From positions 197,343-261,342 of the forward strand of contig MNVE01000016.1 in NCBI GenBank assembly GCA_001871475.1: a stretch of 64,000 nt of DNA, read 5' to 3'. The position numbers and the translations under genes were made by a program. The DNA comes from Candidatus Micrarchaeota archaeon CG1_02_47_40. Its GTDB lineage: Archaea > Micrarchaeota > Micrarchaeia > Anstonellales > CG1-02-47-40. The notes under the pieces were generated by a model. That model saw only the letters and a program-made list of their open reading frames with translations. It ran no database searches and was not told where the DNA came from. This document shows positions 46,690-55,958 of the stretch, piece by piece (within the stretch, counting starts at the first letter, position 1; every line of letters begins with the position of its first letter).

Positions 46690-47132
46690 CCGCAGGTTGC
46701 TGACTGGGGCTTGCATACGTAAGTTGGCGGGCTGGGGCAGCATTTTGTAAGGCTTGGCCTGCCTTGCGGGGGGCAGGGGTCGGGGGTGCATGGGTCCGGA
46801 GGGGCGACTACAGCTTCTTGGCAGGCAGTCGTCCAGCCGCTTCCGTACATTGCCTGCATTACAAATGGCCCGATAACTGAAACAAGTATTCCTATTAACG
46901 CGCCTACCAGCATTGCAGTTGCCCAGACGTTTGCCCTTGCGCGCGTTTCCGCGCCCATCATCTGCCCTCCGGCATAAACCGCTCCTCCTGCAACCACCAT
47001 GAGCATGGAAAGAATGGGGAGGAGATTGGCAAGAAAATCGCAGAGGGAGGCAAATGCCCCGCTGATGTTTGACATCTGGGAAAATGAAAGGGAGAGCATT
47101 GCAAGGAGGAGAAGGAGTGCGGCGGGCTTCAT
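46680..47132 (-). CDS. VirB2/TrbC-like pilin with Cys/Pro-rich tail
   Basis: Signal peptide, GGAVYAGGQMMGAETRARANVWATAMLVG, tail with 7 Cys. Confidence 0.6.
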   Translation of the reverse strand: MKPAALLLLLAMLSLSFSQMSNISGAFASLCDFLANLLPILSMLMVVAGGAVYAGGQMMGAETRARANVWATAMLVGALIGILVSVIGPFVMQAMYGSGWTTACQEAVVAPPDPCTPDPCPPQGRPSLTKCCPSPPTYVCKPQSATCGYG

Positions 47133-47184
47133 GCAGATAACGAAGCAACGAAAGGTTATTAATTTTTGGAAAGGAGATTTATGC

Positions 47185-48165
47185 ATGGCTTCTACTTACT
47201 CTGATGCGGGGATAGATGTGAAGAAAGCGGTTAGGATACACGAGGCAATGGCAAAGATAATTGCCGGCACTAAAAACGAATTTTGCGAGGGAGAGTTTGG
47301 ACATTATGCAGGAATTGTGAAAATCGGGGAAGAAATGATTGCGATTACAAATGACGGGGTTGGCAGCAAACTGCTTGTTGCACAGAAAATGAAGAAATTT
47401 GACACGGTTGGAATAGACTGCGTGGCGATGGTCGTGAATGATTTGATTTGCATCGGTGCAAAACCGATTGCGCTTGTGGATTATATTGCATTACAAAAAC
47501 AGGATGAAACACTTGTGCTTGAGTTGATGAAGGGGTTGGCGCAGGGGTGCGTGCAGTCTGGCTGCGCAATAGTGGGGGGGGAAACCGCCATTCTGCCTGA
47601 AATTGTGAATGGATTTGATTTGGAGGCAACTTGCATTGGAAGAGTGGAAGGGGGAGTGGTGGATGGGCGTATAGTAAAAGAGGGAGATGCGGTTGTGGGG
47701 CTTGCCTCAAGCGGACTGCATTCAAACGGATATACGCTTGCAAGAAAAGTTTTAAGCATGGAAAAGTGGGGGAAGGAAATGTTAACTCCCGCTACCATTT
47801 ATGTGAAGCCGGTGCTTGAAATGATTAAGGAATGTGAAGTACATGGGCTTGCGAACATAACCGGGGGAGCTTTTTCAAAAATGAGCAGGCTGACAAAAAG
47901 AAGCGGGTGCGGCTTTTTATTGGATGGGGTGCCGACACTCCCTCCGATATTTGCCGAACTGCGCAGAGGAGTGCCAAGCGATTACGAAATGTACCGAACA
48001 TTCAACTGCGGAATAGGGTTTTGCGTGGTGTGTGAAAAGGAAGATGCGAAAAAAGTGATTGCGGTTGCAAAGAAATATGGAATTGGTGCACAAGTAATTG
48101 GGCAGGCGATTGCAAAAAAAGACATTCTCTTGAAAAAAGATGGAAAGGAAATTTCACTCCTCTAA
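47185..48165 (+). CDS. purM: AIR synthetase
   Basis: YSDAGID, DGVGSK, GGETA, SSGLHSNGY, TFNCGIG. Confidence 0.96.
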   Translation: MASTYSDAGIDVKKAVRIHEAMAKIIAGTKNEFCEGEFGHYAGIVKIGEEMIAITNDGVGSKLLVAQKMKKFDTVGIDCVAMVVNDLICIGAKPIALVDYIALQKQDETLVLELMKGLAQGCVQSGCAIVGGETAILPEIVNGFDLEATCIGRVEGGVVDGRIVKEGDAVVGLASSGLHSNGYTLARKVLSMEKWGKEMLTPATIYVKPVLEMIKECEVHGLANITGGAFSKMSRLTKRSGCGFLLDGVPTLPPIFAELRRGVPSDYEMYRTFNCGIGFCVVCEKEDAKKVIAVAKKYGIGAQVIGQAIAKKDILLKKDGKEISLL

Positions 48166-49549
48166 AGTTTGGCTGTTTTTTTCCTTCATTTTGCTACTCC
48201 TCTTTCTCTCTCCCTTTTCCTTTGCCTCGCTTCTTGATGGGGCGGTGCAGAACAATACAGTTCTTGCGCCTTCTCTCTGGCATTTTACTGAAAATTACGC
48301 CGGCGCGCCTGAAAATTCACCAAGCGTTTCAGACCCGGTGATTTTTTCGCAGGCGAAGATATTTTCAGCAATTCCGCAGGTGGGGCAGAGGATAAATTCA
48401 GCGGAAAACACTTCAGTGCTTTTTGGATGGGGGGAGGCGCACGCAGAGGAGGTAAGCGAGAGCATCCCGAATGCGGACTGCCCTCCCACAGTAATAACAA
48501 TTGAGGCGCAGACTGCTTATGCCGATTTGGTGGCGGAATTCTCATTCTTCGGGGAGAACAGAAGTGTTGAAGTTGCTTCTCCGCTTGTGGGTGTACCTTT
48601 CTCTTCAGCTGAACTTGACCAAGAGCTGATTGAGAAGGAAGAAAATGAAACAATAGAAAATGAAATGCGTGTTGAGCTTTACGGCACGATAAATTTCCCC
48701 TATGAAAAAACCACCCAGGGATATGAGTATGTGTGCATGCAAAACTGCCAGGGGCAGGAAAACTGCACCACTTCCTGCTCCTGCGAATATTTTTCAAATA
48801 CGGAGCAGGTGATGTTCATAAGGGAGGTTTATGATAATGCTTCTTTCGAGATTGAAGCCGCCTACTTTCGCCACTTCGTGGCAAAGCCGGCGCTGCTTGT
48901 GAATGTGAAGGGGAAAAATCCGCTTGAGATTCTTGTTTTCTCAAGGGAGGGGATGCAAAATGTTGTTTTGCTGAAAGGAAATGAAATGCAGATGAATCAG
49001 ACAATGCATGGGTTTTTTGCGTGGGAGGATGAGTTTGGAGTGATGCGTGTTGAGGTTGGAAATGAGAGCGGTGAAAGCGAAGTAATGCATGAGAATTACT
49101 TTCTTTTTCCAGTGCAGCTGATAGGGGAGAACCTTACCTTTTCGCACCTTTACGAAATAAAGAAGAAAATGGATTTTGAGCGGGGCGAGAATGAGGTAAT
49201 GCTGAAAATGAGAAACGATTTTAGAAGGGAGAAAAACGTCTCTTTTTCAATTCAAACGAAGGAAAAAACCGCACTTATTGTTTCGGAGGGAGATGGGAGC
49301 GGCAATGGGGATTATGAAACAGTTTTGGTGGATGATGAAGGGCAGGAAATAGAGGGGAAAGAAGTTGAAGTAAGTGAAGACGAAAGCGCGTTCTCTGCGC
49401 GCTTTGAGGGGGATGAGGAGTATTTCCCAAGTGCTGGCGGCGGAGTTGAAAATGAGATGATTGGGGCCGGAGTTGAGGGGCTGGCGGGGGCGGGAGTTTT
49501 GCTTGCCGTATTAGTATTTTCTTTTTTTTCTCTGCACAAAAGGCATTGA
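48140..49549 (+). CDS. Acidic cell-surface protein with C-terminal TM
   Basis: Signal peptide, Cys cluster, C-terminal hydrophobic helix and basic tail. Confidence 0.7.
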   Translation: MERKFHSSKVWLFFSFILLLLFLSPFSFASLLDGAVQNNTVLAPSLWHFTENYAGAPENSPSVSDPVIFSQAKIFSAIPQVGQRINSAENTSVLFGWGEAHAEEVSESIPNADCPPTVITIEAQTAYADLVAEFSFFGENRSVEVASPLVGVPFSSAELDQELIEKEENETIENEMRVELYGTINFPYEKTTQGYEYVCMQNCQGQENCTTSCSCEYFSNTEQVMFIREVYDNASFEIEAAYFRHFVAKPALLVNVKGKNPLEILVFSREGMQNVVLLKGNEMQMNQTMHGFFAWEDEFGVMRVEVGNESGESEVMHENYFLFPVQLIGENLTFSHLYEIKKKMDFERGENEVMLKMRNDFRREKNVSFSIQTKEKTALIVSEGDGSGNGDYETVLVDDEGQEIEGKEVEVSEDESAFSARFEGDEEYFPSAGGGVENEMIGAGVEGLAGAGVLLAVLVFSFFSLHKRH

Positions 49550-49552
49550 GCA

Positions 49553-50554
49553 TTACTGCCCGTTTTTCTTTATTGAACGCGTTATTGCAAGCTGTGCGAT
49601 TGCGTTTGAGCGCTCCATGGTGCGGAAAATCCCATCATAAATAAAATTGTGCGGGGTGTGGGAATTCGGCTGCTTCGCATCTGCTATTCCCTGCGAGATT
49701 TTCATGATTACTTTGTTTGCCTGCGCCGCATCCGATTCGAGGAATGCGCCGACCGCTTCGGAATATGCGCAAAGCGCGAGCGAATGGAGAGACTGGAGCG
49801 GTTCTGCATCTTTTGGAAGCATTTTCGCCTTTTCTTTTGAAAGCTTTTCCGCAGATGTGCGCGCATAGTCCCCTATCTTTTCTATGTTGCGCATCAGGAG
49901 TATGTAGTGAACGCATTCGTGCGGGAGCATCCCGAATGCCTGCATCCTGGAGGAATCGGAGAGTGCTTCCGTTGCCTGGCGCAATACTAAAGAGGAAAGC
50001 GAATCCACCTCCCCATCCATCTCAATTATGCTCCGATGCAGCTGCCCGCCTTCAAAAAGGCATTCCGCCAGGTCCTCGTGCATCTTGAAGGAGAATGTGT
50101 GCGCCCTGCGCACCGTTTTTTCTATTGAGAGGTTGTTTGGGGAGAAAAAATCCTGAACGGTTATCTCGTTATCCTTCTCTTCGGTTATCTGAAAGCCCGG
50201 CAGGCGCTTTACTTCTGAACTTAGAAGGACACTGGTTTGCGGGTTTATTTTTGCAGATGAAAAAAACTTGATGGAGGCGAATCCCCCTAGGTATGCAGAA
50301 AGAAGGAGCCGGTGGATTTCAATCGGGCTTTTGAGCACATCTAGGTTTATGTTTATCTCTTTTTTGTTTTTGGGAGGCTCGTCAAGGCGAAGTGAGAGGG
50401 AGCCGTCGGGAGTTTCCGCAATTATCGCCTGCCTGCCTGCCGAAACGTTGTTTTTTCTTGCCCAGCTTTTTGGAAGGGAAACTACGTATGTGGAGGTGCC
50501 GGTAAGCTGTATTTTGCGCCTATTGTGAGATAGGGGGTTTGTTATATTAATCAT
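49553..50554 (-). CDS. phoU: Archaeal AbrB-PhoU phosphate regulator
   Basis: RRKIQLTGTSTYVVSLPKSW, EVD, IEKIGDY. Confidence 0.9.
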   Translation of the reverse strand: MINITNPLSHNRRKIQLTGTSTYVVSLPKSWARKNNVSAGRQAIIAETPDGSLSLRLDEPPKNKKEININLDVLKSPIEIHRLLLSAYLGGFASIKFFSSAKINPQTSVLLSSEVKRLPGFQITEEKDNEITVQDFFSPNNLSIEKTVRRAHTFSFKMHEDLAECLFEGGQLHRSIIEMDGEVDSLSSLVLRQATEALSDSSRMQAFGMLPHECVHYILLMRNIEKIGDYARTSAEKLSKEKAKMLPKDAEPLQSLHSLALCAYSEAVGAFLESDAAQANKVIMKISQGIADAKQPNSHTPHNFIYDGIFRTMERSNAIAQLAITRSIKKNGQ

Positions 50555-50709
50555 ATTCTGGTCGACTCCAGTATAGGTAAGTATAATGCAAAATGTATAT
50601 AAATGATTGTCTTTTTTTGAGAATTTTTTGTAAAAACAGGAAAAAATGAGTATTGTTTTGTGAAAATGAAAAAAACGTCCTTCTTTATTTTAAAGGAAGA
50701 AGAAAATGT

Positions 50710-50782
50710 TCTATATAGGGGTGAAAGATGATTTATAACATCTATATAGAAAAAATTGGGGAGTTTGAAGCATCTATATAGA
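50710..50782. promoter_or_regulatory. Three TCTATATAG(A) palindromic boxes 31-32 bp apart
   Basis: At 50710, 50741 and 50773, upstream of phoU. Confidence 0.65.
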
Positions 50783-50831
50783 GAATATAGTGCTAAATAC
50801 TGAAAGGTGAATGGTGTTTTAGTAAATAAAT

Positions 50832-51101
50832 GTGGAAAATGGGCTCATGAGTGCTAGATTGATGTTTCCGTTCAAGCCGCATATGTTTGTTGCGATGTTC
50901 ATGTTCCTGTTTATAGTATATGCAGTAATGCAGAATGAATGGAAGGTGCGCGTCCTGATGCTTGTTCCGGTGACTGTGCTTTTTGTGGTGTTTGTAGCCG
51001 CCTTTGCCTGGGGGGTTAGGGAGGTTTCGGCGGAAGCGGTGAGAGAGTATAAGAAGAAGGAGAATGCGAAGGGAAGAGGGATTGCCACAAAAGCTTTATA
51101 A
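50832..51101 (+). CDS. Small 2-TM membrane protein
   Basis: Two hydrophobic helices and a basic tail. Confidence 0.5.
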   Translation: MENGLMSARLMFPFKPHMFVAMFMFLFIVYAVMQNEWKVRVLMLVPVTVLFVVFVAAFAWGVREVSAEAVREYKKKENAKGRGIATKAL

Positions 51102-51102
51102 A
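51095..51102 (+). promoter_or_regulatory. 16S rRNA promoter TATA box
   Basis: AAAAGC-TTTATAAA-CA...GCTACC; similar to the 23S promoter at 57738. Confidence 0.65.
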
Positions 51103-51982
51103 CAGACCGCGCCATAAACACTGCTACCGAATTTTAACGGTAAATGAGGGGCAGAACCTGGTTTTGCCCCCCTGGATGGAATGAAACCCTTAGGGGGTTC
51201 CATCTGCTGTGGAAATCCGAAGCTTTCGGATTTGACTTGCGCTTCAAGTGGAAAAAAAAGACAAGCAGCAAAATAGAATTGCTCCTTAATGCAATTCCCT
51301 TAAGAAATAAGGAAATGAACTTTTGCAACTCCAGTTGATCCTGCTGGAGGATACTGCTATCAGAGTCCGACTAAGCCATGCAAGTCAGCCCGCAACCATT
51401 GCGGACGGCGTAAGGCTCAGTAACACGTAGTCAATCTGCCCTTTGGACGTGGACATCCTCGAGAAATTGAGGTTAACCCGCGATAGGCCATCTATGCTGG
51501 AATGCTTGATGGTTTAAAGGTGCGCGCGAATTGGAGTGCGCACGCCGGAGGATGAGACTGCGGTTGATTAGGTAGTTGGTGAGGTAACGGCTCACCAAGC
51601 CGATAATCAGTAGGGGCGATGGGAGTCGGAGCCCCGAGAAGAGCACTGAGACAAGGGCTCTAGTCCTACGGGATGCAGCAGGCGCGAAACCTCTGCAATG
51701 CGCTAAAGCGTGACAGGGGGACTCTGAGTGGCGGAGAACTTAGTTCTCCGTCTTTTGACAAGCTTAGATGGCTTGTAGAATAAGTGCTGGGTAAGACCAG
51801 TGCCAGCCGCCGCGGTAATACTGGCAGCACAAGTGGTATCCACGAATATTGGGTCTAAAGAGTTCGTAGCTGGCTTGCTAAGTTCACTGTGAAATCTTGG
51901 AGCCTAACTCCAAGGCGTGCAGTGAATACTGGCAGGCTTGAGAGCGGGGGAGGCGTGGAGTACTTACGGGGTAAGGGTAAAA

Positions 51983-52026
51983 AGGAGAGTATTGAATGCC
52001 GTAATGCGCAATACTTTTCATTATAA
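51983..52026 (+). other. 16S mini-intron, 44 nt, at ~696
   Basis: Removal restores GGGTAAAA|TCTCGTAATCC; stem GGAGAGTATTG/CAATACTTTTC; relaxed BHB. Confidence 0.85.
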
Positions 52027-52123
52027 TCTCGTAATCCTGTAAGGACTCACAGTGGCGAAGGCGCCACGCCAAAACGCGTCTGACAGTGAGGAACGAAGGC
52101 TAGGAGAACAAATCGGATTAGAT

Positions 52124-52837
52124 TTGGAGCTAGGGAAACGCTAATAAATAACAACGGATTGATAGAATTATGAGATTAGAGCGCCGGGTAAGAGACCTCG
52201 TGAGTAAGCAGAAACGAAAGCCGCTTATGAAGGTTAAACTTCCAGTCGAAACAAGCCCAGAACTCTGTAGAGTGCTTGGCATTCTACATGGCGATGGGAA
52301 TATGTCTGGAAGACGAGTTTTGCTAACCGACGAAAACAGGGTGTTCCACAGAACGATACATAAACTGTTTAAAACGGTTTTTGGAATTAGGATGAATCTG
52401 TTTCACGACATAAGAAGAAATTCGTATTACAGTTATACGAAAAGTGTCTTGGTGTATCGTTTTTTGAACGAAATAATGGAAATGCCCTGCGGTCCAGTAA
52501 GACAAAATCTGAAGATTCCGTCTTATATGGAAAAGCTTGGTTTGAAACACCAAGCAGAGTATGTTGGCGGACTCTTTGACGCTGAAGGATGCGTCAAAAC
52601 AAGACAGGCCGAACTCAACCTCTCATCTACTTCAAAGAATATCTTCAAGTTTATTGGAGGGTTTTTGAAGAAGATTGGGGTGACGTACAGTACGTATGAG
52701 AGGAGAAGGCACAAAAATCCGGAATATGAGATATATGTTTATGGAAAAGACGACTTGAAAAAATTTTCAAGATATGTTTCTTTTTTGCATCCGTTGAAAA
52801 TGAAAAAGATGGCGAAATTTCTTTAGCTCCACTAAAA
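52124..52837 (+). mobile_element. 16S BHB intron, 714 nt, at 793/794
   Basis: GGATTAGAT|ACCCGAG; helix TTAG/CTAA with bulges ATT and AAA; stem TGGAGCTA/TAGCTCCA. Confidence 0.93.
52170..52826 (+). CDS. Intron-encoded double-motif LAGLIDADG endonuclease
   Basis: VLGILHGDG, YVGGLFDAEG. Confidence 0.92.
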   Translation: MRLERRVRDLVSKQKRKPLMKVKLPVETSPELCRVLGILHGDGNMSGRRVLLTDENRVFHRTIHKLFKTVFGIRMNLFHDIRRNSYYSYTKSVLVYRFLNEIMEMPCGPVRQNLKIPSYMEKLGLKHQAEYVGGLFDAEGCVKTRQAELNLSSTSKNIFKFIGGFLKKIGVTYSTYERRRHKNPEYEIYVYGKDDLKKFSRYVSFLHPLKMKKMAKFL

Positions 52838-52915
52838 ACCCGAGTAGCCCTAGCAGTAAATGATGCAGACTGTGGTGTTGCGTCAGCCTAGAGCTGGCGC
52901 AGTGCTGTAGCGTAG

Positions 52916-52970
52916 ACGGTGCGAGTTTGGGTAGATGCGGATAAGATGCAGCAAACGCGCACCGGCGGAA
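52916..52970 (+). other. 16S mini-intron or insertion, 55 nt, at ~866
   Basis: Stem CGGTGCG/CGCACCG; imperfect BHB, junctions uncertain by a few nt. Confidence 0.7.
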
Positions 52971-53010
52971 GTCTTAAGTCTGCCACCTGGGGAGTACGAT
53001 CGCAAGATTT

Positions 53011-53052
<42 letters not shown>

Positions 53053-53469
53053 GCTGCGGTTCAATTGGATACAACGCCGGGAATATTACCAGAAGAGACG
53101 GCAGAATGATGGCCAGACTGAAGATCTTGCCTGACAAGCCGAGAGGTACTGCACGGCCATCGTCAGCTCGTGGTGTGAACTGTCCCGTTAAGTCGGGAAA
53201 CGAGCGAGACCCTTATGTACTGTTGCCAGCTTTCCTTTGCAGGAAGGCGCACTCTGTACAGACTGCCCGTGTTAAATGGGAGGAGGGAGAGGGCGACGAT
53301 AGGTCAGTATGGTCTGAATCTTCTTGGGCTACACGTGGCTTACAATGGCTGGGACAATGGGCAGCAACTCCGAAAGGAGAAGCGAATCTCACAAACCCAG
53401 CCCAAGTTCGGATTGAGGGCTGGAACTCGCCCTCATGAAGCTGGAATCCCTAGTAATCGCTTGTCAACA

Positions 53470-54229
53470 ATCGAGGCAATCTAGCGAAATGTTTATATTG
53501 TTAGCCGCATTTATTCTTGCGGTTAACAGTATGGAAACTAACTGGAAGAAGAATCCCAAATTGCTACAGAAGATAAGGGCATCGTTAGGATTTTCTCAAA
53601 TAAAATTTGCGAGGTTTCTTGGAACGAAGCAAAGCACTTTAAGCGCTCTTGAGCGGGGCGCGATAAAGACGGTTTCTGAAGAAGCCGCCGAGTGCTTTGC
53701 CAAGAGGCTAAAAGGTGTGAAAATTGCATTTATGACTGAAAATGAAATGCAACGGAAACTTTTGCAAATATCGCAAAGAGGAAAGTTCAAGGGAGAATAT
53801 GCAAGAAGTATGGCCCTTAAAGTACATAGTAAAAATGCAGTTGAGAGTGCAAAATCCCAACCTCTTACAAAACAGGAGGAAAGGATAAATACACTTTTGA
53901 AGGAAAGCGGACTGCGCTATGAGGCTCATCCCGCAATTGACGCGGGGGGCATTTCTTTCGTGGCAGATTTTAAGGTAGAAAAAAATAGATGGATGATTCT
54001 TATTGAGGCTAAAGAATTTAGGACGAAATATAGATTGAAAGCGCCTATATGCGAACTTGCATACAAGGCTACGCGGATAAAACGCTTCAATAAGAATGTG
54101 ATGATGGTTGCAGTCGTAAGCGGAAGACTTATGCAATCTGAGAAAAAGATTCTTTCGGATGAGTTTGACGCTGTTTTTGAAGATGAAGGAAAAATATTAG
54201 AATTCGTAAATAGATTGCCTTGAGTGAAC
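53470..54229 (+). mobile_element. 16S BHB intron, 760 nt, at ~1363
   Basis: GCTTGTCAACA|TCGAGCGG; 13-bp stem TCGAGGCAATCTA/TAGATTGCCTTGA; bulges CAA and ACT. Confidence 0.92.
53531..54223 (+). CDS. Intron-encoded XRE-HTH + PD-(D/E)XK nuclease
   Basis: LQKIRASLGFSQIKFARFLGTKQSTLSALERG; TKQEE...FVADF...ILIEAK; TTTATAT at 53492. Confidence 0.8.
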   Translation: METNWKKNPKLLQKIRASLGFSQIKFARFLGTKQSTLSALERGAIKTVSEEAAECFAKRLKGVKIAFMTENEMQRKLLQISQRGKFKGEYARSMALKVHSKNAVESAKSQPLTKQEERINTLLKESGLRYEAHPAIDAGGISFVADFKVEKNRWMILIEAKEFRTKYRLKAPICELAYKATRIKRFNKNVMMVAVVSGRLMQSEKKILSDEFDAVFEDEGKILEFVNRLP

Positions 54230-54571
54230 TCGAGCGGTGAATACGTCCCCGCTCCTTGCACACACCGCCCGTCAAATCACCCAAACGAAGTTTTGGTGAG
54301 GCTTTGCTTCTTGGCAGACCCGAACCAATTCGTCGCGAGGGGGGTTAAGTCGTAACAAGGTATCCGTAGGGGAACCTGCGGATAGATCACCTCCAATATA
54401 TTTTATCTTCGGATAAAATTGAGGAATAACAGCATGCGAAGTGCGCAAAGGAAGCCGATGTTTTTTACTGTTCTGTCTATTCCATTACTTGAAGCGCAAA
54501 TTTTGTATTTTTTTATTTTGATTAGCGCAAGCCTTACGTGTTTAAATTAACCTTTACTGCAAAATCCCTTC

Positions 54572-55045
54572 ATGAAAATCAGCTTAACTCCGGAACTCTC
54601 TTACCTGATAGGGTTATGGCAGGCAAGGGGAAGCCAGGAGGGAGTAGGAATTTGCGGAAACAGGAGAGTGTGCGAAATCTTCCTTGAGGAAGCGCTGAAA
54701 ATCGGGATTGCAAAACCGGATAAAATACAGCTTAAGGAGGATAAGATATATTTTTACCATTCGGCTTACCGCGCGTTTTTTGAGGAAGTGCTGAAGGAGA
54801 GGCTTGAGAGGTTTAAGTACAAAAATGAGTTTGCCGCGCAATATTTGGCAGGTGTTTTTGACGGGTGCGGGGGGATTTTGGAGGATGGGAAGGGTGTGTT
54901 TTTTGCTTGCGGAAATAGGGAGGATGAAATGCTTTTGCTTCGCCTTGGGTTTAAGGCAAAAAAAGTCGGGAAGAGGATTATTGTGATTGGAAAGGAGGAG
55001 TTTTTGGGTTTTGTGAGCAAGTATTTGAAATATTTTGAATGGTGA
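54572..55045 (+). CDS. Free-standing degenerate LAGLIDADG-fold protein
   Basis: LTPELSYLIGLWQARG and YLAGVFDGCG; TTTAAA about 25 nt upstream. Confidence 0.7.
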   Translation: MKISLTPELSYLIGLWQARGSQEGVGICGNRRVCEIFLEEALKIGIAKPDKIQLKEDKIYFYHSAYRAFFEEVLKERLERFKYKNEFAAQYLAGVFDGCGGILEDGKGVFFACGNREDEMLLLRLGFKAKKVGKRIIVIGKEEFLGFVSKYLKYFEW

Positions 55046-55262
55046 GAAAATGCAACACCTGATGCGTTTTGATGCTGGTGCGTTCGCAAGGAGAATTGAA
55101 AAGATAGATATTGAAAAGTTGATGTCTTACGAAAATGCGCTTAGGGTGCGGATGAGATTCAGTCTTTCCAAGCCGCTGTCAGCACAGGAGGGAGAGAATG
55201 GGCGGGTAATCGCACGCTGGCGGCTGGTAGAGGAAGAGATTGGAAAAAGAAACGGAAAATGA
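55035..55262 (+). CDS. Hypothetical protein
   Basis: Co-oriented, overlapping the previous gene. Confidence 0.45.
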   Translation: MNGEKMQHLMRFDAGAFARRIEKIDIEKLMSYENALRVRMRFSLSKPLSAQEGENGRVIARWRLVEEEIGKRNGK

Positions 55263-55404
55263 GCAATTCGTGACAAACTTTTATAAATAAAAAGAAAGAA
55301 AATGTCTTTACAAACAATAGCGATTTGCAATGAGGGCTTTGTAGCCAGCTCATTGCAAAAATTTGAAAATCGCTCTGCGCGATTTTCAAATGAGGTGTAG
55401 AATT

Positions 55405-55672
55405 ATGAACGGCGGGTGTTTTAGCATTAAGCAGAAAGGGTGGTGCGTTTTCTGAAGCGAAAGTAAGGAAGGAAAGCTCTAATTCTGAAAAGTCTTTAAG
55501 GGGAAGGAAGTGTTCTTTGAATGTTGAAGAAATGCAGCAGTTAGTGAATACTGCATGCTCCAAATATTACTCCCTGCGGGAGCTTGGGGAAATGTTCGGG
55601 GTTTCGCGTTCTTCTGTGTGCAGGGCGCTGGAAAGGGCGGAAAGCCTGGGAATTGCCCCGCTTATTCTCTGA
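55405..55672 (+). pseudogene. HTH protein with a frameshift right after the start codon (or a short 46-aa version from 55532)
   Basis: GAGGTG SD and ATG at 55405; the +1 frame 55409-55672 encodes YSLRELGEMFGVSRSSVCRALERA. Confidence 0.55.
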
Positions 55673-55697
55673 AATAAAAAAAATGATGTGATGAAGA

Positions 55698-55904
55698 ATG
55701 GCTGAAATGAAGCCAGTAATACGGAAAAACGATTCAGGAATAAATTTCTTCGGCGCGGGACCCGGGGCGAATAGGTTTAGGAGAATCCGGCTGCCCCCGC
55801 CAGATGGGATAATGAAGCTGCCGCAAACCGCGAGTATTGCCAACGCAAAGGCAAATGAAGTGAAAGGAGCGCCATCTGAATGTTTTTACTTCGCGCCCTT
55901 TTGA
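55698..55904 (+). CDS. Hypothetical protein
   Basis: 68-aa ORF only. Confidence 0.3.
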   Translation: MAEMKPVIRKNDSGINFFGAGPGANRFRRIRLPPPDGIMKLPQTASIANAKANEVKGAPSECFYFAPF

Positions 55905-55958
55905 GGGCGCGGGCAAAACCCTCCCCCTTTATTAACCTGTTTTGACAAAGAATACCAT

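Noticed and set aside
53435-53530. N-terminal extensions of intron ORFs in the ORF track (also 60658-60780)
   Set aside because: They begin in rRNA exon sequence; internal TATA boxes support starts at 53531 and 60781
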